Source of the DNA: Malacoraja senta
Lineage: Eukaryota
Length of the DNA: 64,000 bases
Reading direction: 5' to 3'
NCBI GenBank assembly: GCA_038087875.1
Contig: CM076000.1
Span: 1-64,000 of the forward strand
The notes beneath the pieces were generated by a model. The model was not told the origin of the DNA. It made no database searches and worked only from the letters and a program-made list of their open reading frames with translations. Both the position numbers and the translations under genes were made by a program. This document shows positions 51,436 through 64,000 of this stretch, piece by piece (the first letter of the stretch is position 1; every line of letters begins with the position of its first letter).

Positions 51436-52470
51436 TGTGAGACCAAGCGCAGGCTCAGTTCGCAATAACCAACCTGATCTCCCGGTGGCTCAGCAATTCA
51501 ACTCCCCCTCCCATTCCGAATCCAACCTTTCTGTCTTCCTCCATGGCCAGAGTGAGGCCCACCGCAAATTGGAGGAACAGCACCTCACATTTCACTTGGG
51601 TAGTTTATACCCCAGCGGTATGAATATTGGCTTCTCCAATTTCAGGTAGTCCTTGCTTTCTCCCTCCTTCCCCTCCCATTCCCAGCTCTCCCACAGCCTA
51701 CTGTCTCCGCCTCTTCCTTTCTTTCCCCCCCCCTCGATATCAGTCTGAAGAAGGGTCTCGACCCGAAACGTCACCTATTCCTTCGCTCCATAGATGCTGC
51801 CTCACCCACTGATTTTCTCCAGCGTTTTTGTCCACCAACGGGATCCCACTACTGGCCACATCTTCCCATCTTCTCCCCTGTCGGCTTTCCGCAGAGACCT
51901 CTCCTTCCGTAACTCCCTGGTCAATCCGTCCGTTCTCACCCAAACCACCCCCTCTCCTGGCACTTTCCCTTGCAACCTTGCAAATGCTACAATTGTCACT
52001 TTACCTCCCCCCTTGACTCCATTCAAGGATCCAAGCAGTCTTTCCAAGTGCGGCAGAGGTTCACCTGCACCTCCTCCAACCTCCAACCTCATCTATTGCA
52101 TCAGCTGCTCTACATCGGTGAGACCAAGCGTAGGCTTGGCGATCGCTTCGCCCAACACCTCCACTCGGTTCGCAATAACCAACCTGATCTCCCGGTGGCT
52201 CAGCACTTCAACTCCCCCTCCCATTCCGAATCCGACCTTTCTGTCCTGGGCCTCCTCCATGGCCAGAGTGAGGTAGTCCCTGCTTTTTCCTCCCCTTCCC
52301 CGCTCTCCCTCAGCCCACTGTCTCCGCCTCTTCCTTTCTTCTTCCCGCCCCCCCCCCCCCACCCTCACATTAGTCTGAAGAAGGGTCTCGACCGAAACAT
52401 CACCTATTTCCTTCGTTCCATAGATGCTGCCTCACCCGCTGAGTTTCTCCAGCATTTTTGTCTACCCATT
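51436..52470 (+). mobile_element. Penelope-like element, tandem partial copies (GIY-YIG remnant + terminal repeat, twice)
   Basis: QLLYIGETKRRLGDRFAQHLHSVRNNQPDLPVAQHFNSPSH; direct terminal repeats with hammerhead-like cores at 51745-51772 and 52375-52401. Confidence 0.9.
51745..51772 (+). ncRNA. Minimal hammerhead-ribozyme-like motif
   Basis: ctgaaga a gggtctcgaccc gaaa cgtc. Confidence 0.55.
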
Positions 52471-52695
52471 CACACAAGTTCTGTTATCCCACTTTCCTCA
52501 CCCACTCCCTACACATTAGGGCCAATTTTACAGAGAAAAGTTAACCTACAAAGCCAATGTATCTTTGGGATGTGGGAGGAAACCCACACGCTTGCAGGGA
52601 GAATGTGCAAATTCAACACAGACAGTGCCCGAGGACAGGATCGAACACAGATCTCTGGTGTGTGAGGCAGCAAGTCTACCAGCTGTGCCACTATA
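52470..52695 (-). mobile_element. V-SINE/HE1-like SINE
   Basis: ttgggatgtgggaggaaaccc..gagaatgtgcaaattcaacacagac..ggatcgaac (B-box complement)..ctgtgccac. Confidence 0.75.
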
Positions 52696-53162
52696 TTTTG
52701 TTTTCCAACACACAAAAAATTATATTTTGATAACTTTGGTTTTTATATGTTGATAACGTCTGAAACTATCCATTTTCAGTCTTAAATCTCTAAGTGACGC
52801 TATGTCCCCCTTTACAGCTACTGTATATCTTAATTCAGTTCAAGACTATGGGGCAGTACATTGGCCATAAAGTTGCTGCTTAAAAGTGCCAGAATATGGG
52901 TGCCGTCTGTATGGAGTTTGCTCCTTTTCTCTTTGATCACATGGGGTTTCTCCGGGTGCTCTTGTTTCCTTCCACCATCCAAAGGTGTGCAGGAACCTAT
53001 TTCAGACCCAACACAAAACGTAATATTTTCCTTTTGTCCAGAGATTCTGTCTGACGTGTTGAGTTACTCCAGCCTTTTGTGTCTATCTTCAGTTTAAAGC
53101 AGCATCTGCAGTTCCTACACACGATAGTATACGATAGAACATTATTAATCCCAGGAGGAAAG

Positions 53163-53225
53163 TTGTGTGTGTGTGTGTGGGTATATATATTACACACACG
53201 CACGCACACACACACACACACACAT
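53163..53225. repeat. (GT)n/(AT)n/(CA)n compound microsatellite
   Basis: tgtgtgtgtgtgtgtggg tatatatat tacacacacgcacgcacacacacacacacacaca. Confidence 0.9.
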
Positions 53226-56200
53226 ATTTATATAGTTATATATTCATATATAAATATACACTTTTGTTTTCTCGTTTATAGCATTGTTTACAGAGTACTA
53301 TGTTTACATATTCTGTTGTGCTGCTGCAAGTAAGGATTTCATTGCTCTAACTGGGACGTCGAGAGAATAAAACACTCTTGACTTGCGCCGCTAATGGGTG
53401 GGATAGAACAAGTGTACGGGTGATCGGTGGTCCGCGTGGACTCGGTGGGCCGAAGGGCCTGTTTCCATGCTGTATCTTTAAATTCAACTAAAAGCACTAA
53501 AACCAGAGGGAGTCTAAAGAAGGGCATCTACCCAAAACGTCACCCAATTTCTTCTATCCAGAGATGCTGGCTGCTCCATGGAGTTCCCCTGCACAATTAA
53601 AGCATAGAATAGTCTTCGCTCTACCATAGTTACCCAACCAGACGCAACTAAATTTAAATTGTGCAGAGGAACTAAATTTAATGTAGCTCTTTTTTCCCCA
53701 AGAACCCTTTTTTGCTTAAGCAAGTCAAGAGTCAAGAGTTTTATTGTCATGTGTCCCAGATAGGACAATGAAATTCTTGCTTGCTGCAGAACAACAGAAT
53801 ATGTAAACATAATACAGAACAGGAGTTAAAAGTTCAGTGTGTCTATGTACCATAGACCATATATATACACAATAACTAAACAGAAAAAGTACAATAGGCT
53901 GTTTATGTTTGGAGTTTGGTGGTGGACCCTTCACCATCTCCAGTTTAAATTGCATTTAGAATATTTTTGGAGTAACTCTTGCTCCCTGAAGCAAGAGTTA
54001 CTCCAGGGAGTTATTCCAGCTCCAGGGAGTGATTCGGCGTTGGTTTTCAGCGGTCGCGGCGACCGGACAGCAATGGCGGCCAGATCTCCCACAAGGCAAA
54101 AGGAGGGAGAAAGTGCCCGGCGCCGACCAGTTGACGTGGCAGTGCTCATGTATAGGGCGGCCGATGATGTGCTGGCCGCGGTTGTGCGTATGTGCAGGGG
54201 AGGATGTGCAGGCCGTAGCAGTACGCATGTGCAAGGCGGCCGGCCGTGCCGGCGAATGAGGAGCGGCTGGAGACCCGAGACCTGGCCAAAGATCATAGTG
54301 TGGAGCCTGGCGGCCCGGACACGGATGGCGGGCGGAGACGGAGAGTGACAGAGAGAGATAGGGAAGGGGGCCCGCTCAGAGTTGAACGGCAGGTGTCCCG
54401 GGTGCTTGCCAAGCCGGGCAAAATGGCACTGCTTTTAGGTTGCCCGGCGGGACTCTAGATGGTCATTGGCACCCGGGCAACCGTTAATTTTGAGCCCTGC
54501 ATACACGATGCTAAGTTAAACTGATCTCATCTGCCTGTACATGATCCATATCCCTTTATTCCTTGCACTTCATTGTGCCTATCTAAAATTCTCTGAAACG
54601 CCACCAATGCCAAGACCTAATTTATGCACTGTATCAGTAAGTTGAAAATAGGCTTGCTAATGCCCTTCAGAGAGGAAATCCATTGTTTTTACCCACTTAC
54701 CTCTATGTGATTCCAGACCCATTGATGTGGTTGACCTTCAAGTGCCTCCCTTAGCACAGGAGTTGGGGTCTAAATAAATGTTGGCTATGCCAATGAAGCT
54801 GAAATTAAAAGATTGCTCATGGCATACTGTGTTATTGTTTCGATAACTTTCTTCCCTGTGATGTTAAACTGACTTGCCTTTAATTCCTGGGTTTTCCCTT
54901 TTTTTTGATCAAGGTAATTTGTGCCGTTTTCTAGTCTTCATATACAACTCCTGAACGTGCACGTTTTCAGGATAATGGCCAGGGCCTCTTTATTTTTCTT
55001 CTTCTTTCCCTTGCAATGGATGCATCCCATACTGACTGGTTGACGCATTCATTATTATATGTTCCAGTATCTCCAGTTTTTAGTCTGTCCAGGCTTTCCA
55101 TTACAACTTACTTTTCTGGGACTCCAGATGTAGTGTCTTCTGGAAAGACTAGTGCCAAGTACTCATTTAATATCTCATTCATGTGCTTTGCTTCCATGAA
55201 TGAATTTCTCTTTATGTGACTGATCAACCCCACCTCTTAAAAGCTTCTACTTTGTTCACAAGACTATAAGACCATTATTGGCTTTGTTTGTTTGTATGCT
55301 GCAAATCTTAAACTTTCTCCATCCTCCCCTTTTAACTTCTCTTCTGAGCCCTGCTATCAGCCTGGTTTTAACTTGTATCAACAAGCTAGCATCTTGCTCA
55401 AATTTATTGGCCAAGAAAGTGCTTGTGAACTCAATTCAGAAATTCCTCCTTTAGCTGTTTGGGTTAACGCTGTTCCAGCCTTTATTTGGATTGACGAAGT
55501 CCCCCATTATTATTGCTTTAGCACATCATTAATTTCCCAGTCAATTCGTCCCAGTTGTGTAACCATATATTTGTTATTTCTTAAATTCTAAATTAATTCT
55601 CATTCATTGCTCTCGAACATCATGTCTTTGCAGCATTTTCTTACGATCTTCTGTTCTTCCTCCTGTTCTCACTTTTTCTCAAACACGAAGCCAACTGCTG
55701 CTACTTTCTCAGCAAGCCAGTCATCATTACTGATGATTAATTACGCCGCAAGCTTATTGTCTGCCTTCTTGTCATAGAAAAATATAACATGGAAGTGGGT
55801 TCTTCAGCCCACTGAGTCCATGCCAACTATAAGCACCCATTTTTATACTAAATCTACCCAAACCAATTTTAGTTTCCCTTCATTCCCATCAATATTCCCA
55901 TCACTTCAGTAAATGATAATTTCTTACAGAGCATGACTTCTCCTTCACCTTATTCTGTGTGAAAACCTTTTCTTGGTGCTTTTTTTCTCTCCCAATCTTC
56001 CGCACCATTTTCGTGCGCTCTTCATTACTAGTTTCGGGTTTGAAATCTCCTGTGCCAGTAGGCCACGATATTGGTGAACTTCTATTCATGGATATTAGTC
56101 CCAGCTCTGTTGAGGTATTGTATCTGGAGACAGACAAAAGGCTAGAGTAACTCAGCGGGTCAGGCAGCATCTCTGGAGAAAAGGAATAGGTGTTCATAGA

Positions 56201-56469
56201 GTCATTGAGTGATTCAGTGTGGAAACAGGCCCTTCGTCCCAACACCAGCCAACAATGTCCCAGCTACATTAGTTCCAATTGCCTGCGCTTGGTCCAAATA
56301 CCTCCAAACATGTCCTATCCATGTAGCTGTCTAACTGTTTCTTAACGATGGGATAATCCAAGCCACAACTACCTCCTCTGGCAGCTTGTTTAATACACCC
56401 ACCACCCTTGTTGTGAAAAGGTTACCCCTCGGATTCCTATTAAATCTTTTCCCCTTCACCTTAAACCTT

Positions 56470-58619
56470 CAGTGCCCTCCATGATGTTTGGGACAAAGAC
56501 CCATCATTTGTTTATTTGTCTCTGTACTCCACAATTTGAGATTTGTGATAGATAAAATCACAAATTTCTTTCACAGAGTGTGGGGAGTCTGGGCCGGGTC
56601 AGTACGGCAAAGTAGCAATCTTGGCTGGGCCCCCAGGGTTAAAGTTGTGGGGAGGGCAGGAGCATTGAGAAGGAGGGGATCGGGGATCATGCCAGCAACT
56701 CACTCAGTAGCTGGGACCGGACAGCGGAACCGGCCGCCACCTCAGCGCCTTCTGCCGGCCCGCCTGGCAGCTAGCCACGGTGTCCTTTGACACAAGCGAA
56801 ACCGGTGGAGGTGGTGGTTGGCGCGTAGCTACTGGGCGGAAGGCTGGCTGCTCCGTCCCAGGCTCGCTCTCTCTCCCCGTGATGTGATCTCCTTGAGCCA
56901 GGAAGTCCCCGTCCCTCAGACCTGAACCGCACAGCGCATGTGGGACTGGCCAAGATGGAGGCTCCCCGGTCCTCATTGCTTCCTTGAAGGTGTTTCACAT
57001 CTTCCTTTCTACTGACTAAACCAAACCCTTGATCCTGTCCCACCAGCCTTTTTTCTAAATTTAGCAACTCAAAATGGAGGTGCGTCTTTGACGCAGGTGC
57101 GTCTTCATTGCCCGGAAATACGGTAAGGCCATTTTTATACATTTTGGTTTCACCATGTAGAAATTGTTTATACATAGTCCCCCCATTTCAGGGCACCATA
57201 ATGTTTGGGACACAACAGTGTCATGTAAATGAAAGTAGTCATGTTTAGCATTTTGTTGCATTTCCTTTGCATGCAATGACTGCTTGAAGTCTGCGATTCA
57301 TGGACATCACCAGTTGCTGGGAGTCTTCTCTGGTGATCCTATGCCAGGCCTGTATTGCAGCCATCTTTAGCTTATGCTTGTTTTGGGGGCCAGCCCCCTT
57401 CAGTTTTCTCTTCAGCATATAAAAAGCATGCTCAATTGGGTTAAGATCGGGTGATTGATTTGGCCACTCAAGAATCGACCATTTTTTAACTTTGAAAAAC
57501 TCCTTTGCTGCTTTAGCAGTATGTTTGCGATCATTGTCTTGCTGTAGAATGAACCGCCGGCCAGTGAGTTTTGAGGCATTTGTTTGAACTTGGGCAGATA
57601 GGTTGTGTCTATACACTTCAGAATTCATTATGCTGCTACCATCAGCAGTTGAATCATCAATGACGATAAGTGAGCTAGTACCTTCAGCAACCATGAAGGT
57701 ACTAGGCCATAACACCCCCACCACTGTGTTTCACAGATGAAGTGGTATGCTTTGGATCTTGGGCAGTCCCTTCTCTCCTCCATACTTTGCTTTTGCCACA
57801 CTCTGATATAAGTTAATCTTCATCTCATCTGTCCACAAGACCTTTGTCCAGAACTGTGGTTGCTCTTTTAAGTACTTCTTGGCAAACTTACCTGGCCATC
57901 CTATTTTTGCGGCTAACCAGTGGTTTGCATATTACAGTGTAGCCTCTGTATTTCTGTTCATGAAGTCTTCTGCCGACAGTTGTCATTGACAAATCCACAA
58001 CTGACTCCTGAAGAGTGTTTCTGATCTGTTAGACAGGTGTTTGGGGATTTTTCTTTATTATAGAGAGAATTCTACTGTCATCAGCTGTGGAGGTCTTCCT
58101 TGGCCTGCCAGTCCGTTTGAGACTAGTAAGCTCACCAGTGCTCTCTTTCTTCTTAATGATGTTCCAAACATTTGATTTTGGTAAGGTGTCTCTAACAGTT
58201 TTATTCTTGTTTCTCAGTCCCATAATGGCTTCTTTGACTTTCATTGACTTTGGTCCTCATGTTGAAAACAGTAATAAAACTTTCCAAAGGTGATGGAAAG
58301 ACTGGAGGACAGACTAGGTGCTGAGAGCTCTCTTATACCTGCATTAAGGAGGCATTTAAACATGCCTGAGCAATTACAAACACATGTGAAGCCATGTGTC
58401 CCAAACATTATGGTGCCCTGAAATGGGGGGACTATGTATAAACACTGCTGTAATTTCTACATGGTGAAATCAAAATGTATAAAAATGGCCATTAATAACA
58501 TCTGACAATGCACACTTTAACCACATGTGATTTTTTTCTATTACAAATCTCAACTTGTGGAGTACAGATCCAAATAAATAAATAATGGGTCTTTGTCCCA
58601 AACATTGTGGAGGGCACTG
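56470..58619 (-). mobile_element. Tc1 copy, near full length and disrupted, with a Tc2-like fragment in one TIR
   Basis: TIRs cagtgccctccatgatgtttggg / ggagggcactg followed by TA; QQDNDRKH-(34)-SPDLNPIE in ORF 57245-57724. Confidence 0.95.
56567..57123. mobile_element. One-ended Tc2/pogo-like non-autonomous element fragment
   Basis: Ends gcgtcttcattgcccggaaatacgg followed by TA; homologous (inverted) to 60839-61747. Confidence 0.7.
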
Positions 58620-60084
58620 TATGTCCTCTTGTCCTCGATTCCCCTACCCTGGGCAAATGACTCTCTGCATCTACATAATCTATTCCTCTCATGATTTTGT
58701 ACACCTCTAGGAGATCACCCCTCATCGTCCTGCGCTCCATGAAATAGAGACCCAGTCTACTCATCCTCTCCCTATAGTTCACACCCTCCAATCCTGGCAA
58801 CATCCTCGTAAATCTTTTCTGAATCCTTTCAAGCTTGACAATATCGTTCCCAGAACTTGACAATATCTTTCCACATTCAACATGGTGCCCAGAACTGAAC
58901 ACAAAATGCAGTCTCACCAACGTCTTTTACAACTGCAACATGACCTCCCAACTTCTATACTCAATACTTTGACTGATGAAGGCCAAAGTGCCCAAAGCCT
59001 TTTTTAAACCACCTTATCTAGCTGCGACTTGACCTTCAAGGAACCATGCACCTGTACTCCTGGATCCCTCTGCTCTACAACACTACCCAGAGGCCTACCA
59101 TTTACTGTGTTGGCCCTGCCCTTGTTCAACGTCCCATAAAGTAACACCTCACACTTCTCTGTATGAAATTCCATCAACCATTCCTCCGCCCACCTGGCCA
59201 ATCGATCCAGATCCTGCTGCAATCTTTCACAACCATCTTAACTATCTGCATAACCACTAACTTTTGTATCATCAGCAAACTTGCTAATCTTGCCCTGTAT
59301 GTTCTCATCCAAGTCATTGATGTAGATGACAAACAGTAACGGGCCCAGTACCAAACCCTGAGGCACACCACTAGTCAGAGGCCTCCAGACCGAGAAGCAA
59401 CCTTCCACCATCACCCTCTGCTTCCTTTCATGGAGCCAATATGCTATCCATTCAGCTCTCTCTCCTTGGATCCCATGCGATCTAACCTTCCAGAGGAGCC
59501 TACCATTCGGAAAGTTGTCGAACGAATTACTGAAATCCATGAACACAGCATCTACAGCTCTGCCCTCATCGACCTTTTTGGTCATGTCTTCAAAAAAAAC
59601 CCGTTTCAATTCCTTTTCTCCAGAGATCCTGTCTGACCCGCTGAGTTCCTCTAGCCTTTTGTGTCTCCCTTCAGTTTAAATCAGCATCTGTAGTACTCCA
59701 ACCATACATTTATCTGTGTAAACGTCAATTTCTATATTTAGTGGTCCGTGACTTTTTCTGGAATTTCCTCTAAGTCCTGTTTGTTGTTGGTCTTTTTCTG
59801 CACTCAAAATCTTTTTGGGCTATCCTGTGCTGTCCCAGACAACTGTACATTAGTACCTGGAGGAATATTCCGCAGCTGCTCGGCAGTATCCTTATCCTCG
59901 GCTCAAATAGGGCAGTTTAAAATTTTAGCCATTTTCAGCAACCAAAGAAATAGCTGTCTGCCTCCCTTATTTATAGAATTTTTTATAAATGTTCTAAAAA
60001 TATAGTGATGGAAATGCTCGGGGTCAGACAGGACGAGTGGAGGTAGAAACTGAGTTAACATTTCAAAACAATAACCCTTCATCG

Positions 60085-60320
60085 GAACCCTAATAACTGT
60101 TGCTCCCTTGATCTTTTCCCATGTCCCTCGTGTCATTGAGTCACCCGTTGTGTATAATGGTATTGGCTGTGGTTGCACTCCCCAGGGAAAAATTCTTATA
60201 TCCTGGAACTTGAGCAACTCTTGCTGACAAAAACTCTTTGGACTTTCTGGTTGTCCAGAACACAGGAAGTGTCCTGGACTTCCCACATGGTGTGGGATGT
60301 GCAATCGTCAGGAATGGTAT
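60085..60320 (-). mobile_element. CR1 ORF1 relic (zinc-finger-like N-terminus and SGNH/GDS esterase motif)
   Basis: Minus strand ATGTGGGAAGTCCAGGACACTTCCTGTGTTCTGGACAAC = MWEVQDTSCVLDN, and TTGDSMTRGT, which resembles CR1 ORF1 IGDSIVRGT. Confidence 0.55.
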
Positions 60321-60573
60321 GCCCTTTCATGTCTCTATTAATTTGATTTTCAGAAATCAGAAGGAATATACAAAAGTACTTTTATCATTAATCACTGTTG
60401 TTTACATGAACGAACATGTAATAATCCCGTGACATTTTTAAACCAAATCATTATTAGAATTCACTGGGGTTCTATTTTTTTTTTCATAAAATACTCAATT
60501 GGAAGATAGTTTTCCTATATTTTGGTAATACTGCTTTGAGTAGTCGTGTAAAGGTCTTGTTTTTTATTTCTAG

Positions 60574-60738
60574 TCGGGGAAAAAATCAAAGAAAGCCGCT
60601 GGAGAGAAAGGAAGAAGTGGAAATGCTGCAAAATCTGCAACCAGCATGAACCGGATGAATGGGCATCACCAACAGAATGGAGGAGTGGAAAACATGATGC
60701 TATTCGAAGTTGTGAAACTGGGCAAGAGTGCAATGCAG
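60574..60738 (+). CDS. STAG2: STAG2 third coding exon (165 nt)
   Basis: ttttatttctag|TCG...ATG CAG|gtaaaa = [55 protein letters not shown]. The [22 protein letters not shown] motif is typical of STAG2. Confidence 0.96.
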
Positions 60739-60838
60739 GTAAAAATTGTTCTTAAAAGTGGTTAGGCAATGATTTTATTGTGTAGAAAAATGAGGAGTTT
60801 GTGAAACAGTCAGAATCTATTCTACAAATTTGCAGTTA

Positions 60839-61747
60839 CCGTATTTCCCGGCAATGAAGGCACGCTCCCATTTTGAGTTGCTAAATTTTGAAAAAAGGCT
60901 GGCGGGACAGGATCAATGGTTTGGTTTAGCCCAGGGGTCGGCAACCTTTTTTCGCATAGGGGCCAGGACCCATGTTTGTGAGCGGAAGGCGGGCCACATC
61001 TATCGCCATAGTTAATAAATGGAGGTAATAATACATACTAACTAAATTAGTAATAATACATACTAATAATACATAAATTAGTAATAATATGTACTAAGAA
61101 TACATAGTTTTCACGTATTTTTCAATTGGTTTACTGCAGTTTCCAGATAGCATGCGTGCCCCAGGACTGGCTGCAGTTCCCAGATCTCTCGCATCCCCGA
61201 GACTAGCTGTAATTCCCAGGTCACCTGGGAGCCCCGGGACTGGCTGTGGTGCCCAGGTCGCCTGCGAGCCCTGGGACTAACTGCAGTTCCCAGGTCGCCT
61301 GCGAGACCCGGGACTAACTGCAGTTCCCAAGTCGCCTGCAAGCTCCGGGACTAGCTGCAGTTCCCAGGTCGCCTGCGAGCCCCAGGACTAGCTGCAGTTG
61401 CAGTTCCCAGGTCACCTCAGTCGCTCGCAGCCACCCGAGCTACTGAGTGAGTTGCTGGCATGATCCCCGACCCCCTCCTTCTCAACGCTCCTGCCCTCCC
61501 TGCAACTTTACCCCTGGCGGCCCAGCCATGCTGACCCAGGCCAGACTCCCCACACGCTGTGGAAGGAACTCTTCCCCCCCCCCCCCCCCCCCCCAGCGAT
61601 AATGTCCTTTTACAGCCACTGTACTGAGGGATAGCCAGGTCTATCTATCTTGGCTCGCAATCTAACCTTCGGCCTCCAAGACGCAGGTAAATTTTAGGGC
61701 CTCATTTTAGGGCAAAAAAATTGCGTCTTCATTGCCGAGAAATACGG
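60839..61747. mobile_element. Tc2/pogo-like non-autonomous DNA element
   Basis: TIRs ccgtatttcccggcaatgaag / cttcattgccgagaaatacgg, with TA on the left and TC on the right. CCGTA termini are typical of the Tc2 group. Confidence 0.75.
61135..61415. repeat. Minisatellite (~35-bp unit) inside the Tc2-like element
   Basis: Repeated gggactagctgcagttcccaggtcgcctgcgagcc-like units. Confidence 0.85.
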
Positions 61748-62391
61748 TCATTTTATTGTATGAACTGCTCTTGAAATTTTCCAGTTGTCAGTCAAGCAGC
61801 CCCTCCAAGGAGACACCTGTCAGTTTTACTTTCCACTCATTGTTCAAACAAAACCAGATGCTGCAATAAGGTTCAACTTTGGGTTTTAATGAACAAATTC
61901 GAGATTTTTTAGGGTTGGCAAGCTAATGAAGCGATAGCTGCATACCAAAATGAAGGAGAAGGCTGTATCTTTTTATCAGCTGTTAACGTTGATTCATTTT
62001 GTGATTTGAGTTGATTTGGAAAATTCCATACCTTCCCAGAGTTTTTTTGAAATGCTGAAACAAAACTGATGTCTTCAGAGGCTATTATTTTTACAGTGTG
62101 CATATATTGCTTAAGTCCTCTTGACCGGCAATGTAAACTTCCTTAAATTCACTATTTATTATTTCATCATGGCATCCACATGTCATTGACTTGCAATATC
62201 TACCCATTTTCCGCTTTCGCACCTCACTGTATACTCTTCTTCCTCGGCTTGCTACCTTCTTTTCTTCCTCTTCACCCCCTTCCCCCCCATACCTCATATT
62301 TTGTCTCATTCTTCTTGCCATATCTTTTTAGACTGCTTTTCCTTAAGTTAAACTTCCATATATTAATCTCTCTTTTATTTTGTTTTTATAG

Positions 62392-62505
<114 letters not shown>

Positions 62506-63891
62506 TGAAAATGAAACGATATTTGATTCTGTTGATTAGGATTGTGTCAGAGAATTGGTGTTAAATCTTTCCACTGATGTGGATAGAATTTTATCCAAGC
62601 AGTATGACGGTATCTTTTCACCCAACATATTGAATGAAGTGTGGAACTTGACAATTTCATCAGCGGGCTTTTAATGTTAATGTATGTTCTTGCTTTACCT
62701 GGGCAGAGGTCTGAAGGAGTTGTATCATGTTTTCACTTTGTTCAAAAATTTCGTGAAGATTAGTAGATTTATTTTGTTGATACTTTGGAGCGTTTGAGGT
62801 GGAATTAATTAAGAGGCAAGTGCAGATACAACTGGTTATTAGAGCAAAAGAAAGCATTTCGAAAAATGCATCAAAGCATTTGTAAATTAAAGTATGACAT
62901 TGCTCATCTTATCTTTTTGAAAGGATCAGAAGCTTTATTGAGTATTTTCAAACTCATTAATTGTAACAATAACATGCCGCTGCTTTGCCCTAAACCTCAG
63001 GAACGGAGACAACATCGCAAAATTTGGATGTTCTACCTAATGTTTTAGTTTACTGACTATGCTCGGTTGTGCTTTGTGATATTGGAAATTGACTTGTAAT
63101 TCTCAGCTATCCTAAATAAATGACTGCTATGACTACAGGGAAAAATAAATACGATGTTAATCTTTCAAGTCAGTCTATTCTGTAACACTGAGATGCTGCC
63201 TGTTGATCCCAGTAAATTGGCGGAGTTTTCTTTGTGTCACTGTGATATTTGTATAATAAGAAAACAATAAGAAAAGGTACAAGTGTGATTGAGTTAATTC
63301 CTCCTAGCCAAGAAAAATAAATATTTGGTTAGATTTGAAGAGTTGCCTGAATTTGAACTAAACCATTCATGCTCAAAATAGCTCTGCTTATAGGTGCATT
63401 AATCTTAAAATGACAATAAACGTGAGAGCCTTGTTTCTTGCTAATTCTGGGTCTTTGAATAAAATTGATAACTGCATTTGATAAAATACTTTATTAAGCA
63501 GAGAACAGTAATTTGATGTCATATTCTTTGAAGCATAAAGATGTTTATGTCAAATTAATCTGTCTATCTGTCCCTTTTTATTGGGCCTGATTGTGCTGTT
63601 TCTGACCTGTCATTTGAAATTGCTGCCTGTGATTCCTGCACAATGTCCAGACCCTTGGGTCAGGAGGGACATTGCTGTTGATAGTTAGGTTTCTGACATT
63701 GTTGTCCAGATATTCTACACTTGACACAGGTTAAAACACAGGGTGAAGCTTCGAATCCTGATTTGTGCCTTTGGAAAATTATAAAAGTTAAAGTAATTAT
63801 ATGGCACTACCTGTCCCTTAGTTGGTTCAGATTTTGCAAATGAACAGCAAATGCAATTTAAGCTATTGTTTTCTCAAACGTGTTCCTCTAA

Positions 63892-63999
<108 letters not shown>

Positions 64000-64000
64000 A

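Larger units (their letters stand above)
51089..54499. mobile_element. hAT-like non-autonomous composite element with 5-bp TSD (CATAC), containing Penelope and SINE cargo
   Basis: Ends cagggctctcacttatc / gttaattttgagccctg. CATAC at 51084-51088 and 54500-54504. Subterminal motif gcttttaggttgcc...tag(g/a)tggtcat near both ends. The host CR1 3'UTR rejoins across it. Confidence 0.65.
56190..59600 (-). mobile_element. CR1-clade LINE (56190-56469 and 58620-59600) split by a Tc1
   Basis: FFEDMTKKVDEGRAVDAVFMDFS, SGVPQGLVLGP, KFADDTK, LERIQKRFTRMLPG. Rejoins as accttaaacct|atgtcctct. Confidence 0.88.

Noticed and set aside
53839..54458. 169-aa and overlapping ORFs in a CpG-rich patch
   Set aside because: They fall in the GC-rich subterminal region of the hAT-like element and show no protein motif.

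Overview
Vertebrate genomic DNA, most likely a cartilaginous fish (skate/ray-like). This is inferred from the repeat content: HE1/V-SINE-like SINEs, abundant CR1, Rex1, Penelope and Tc1 elements. The window holds the 5' part of the cohesin gene STAG2 on the + strand. Five coding exons (25898-25941, 48949-49033, 60574-60738, 62392-62488, 63905-63981) have canonical AG/GT sites and join in frame to MIAEPEIPTEFHLPQETETHFPSDTDF...[58 protein letters not shown]. The gene continues past the window end. Everything else is intron or upstream sequence, densely filled with often nested transposable elements. The most notable observations are: (1) a decayed ZFP36/TTP-family copy fused in frame to a minisatellite inside a STAG2 intron, with broken zinc fingers but an intact CNOT1-binding tail, and an antisense promoter-like motif cluster beside it; (2) a 4-codon uORF whose stop overlaps the STAG2 start codon; (3) many Penelope-derived minimal hammerhead-ribozyme motifs; (4) a 3.4-kb hAT-like composite element with a 5-bp target duplication that carries repeat cargo. 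All calls were made by eye, with no database searches. Boundaries of old repeats are approximate.
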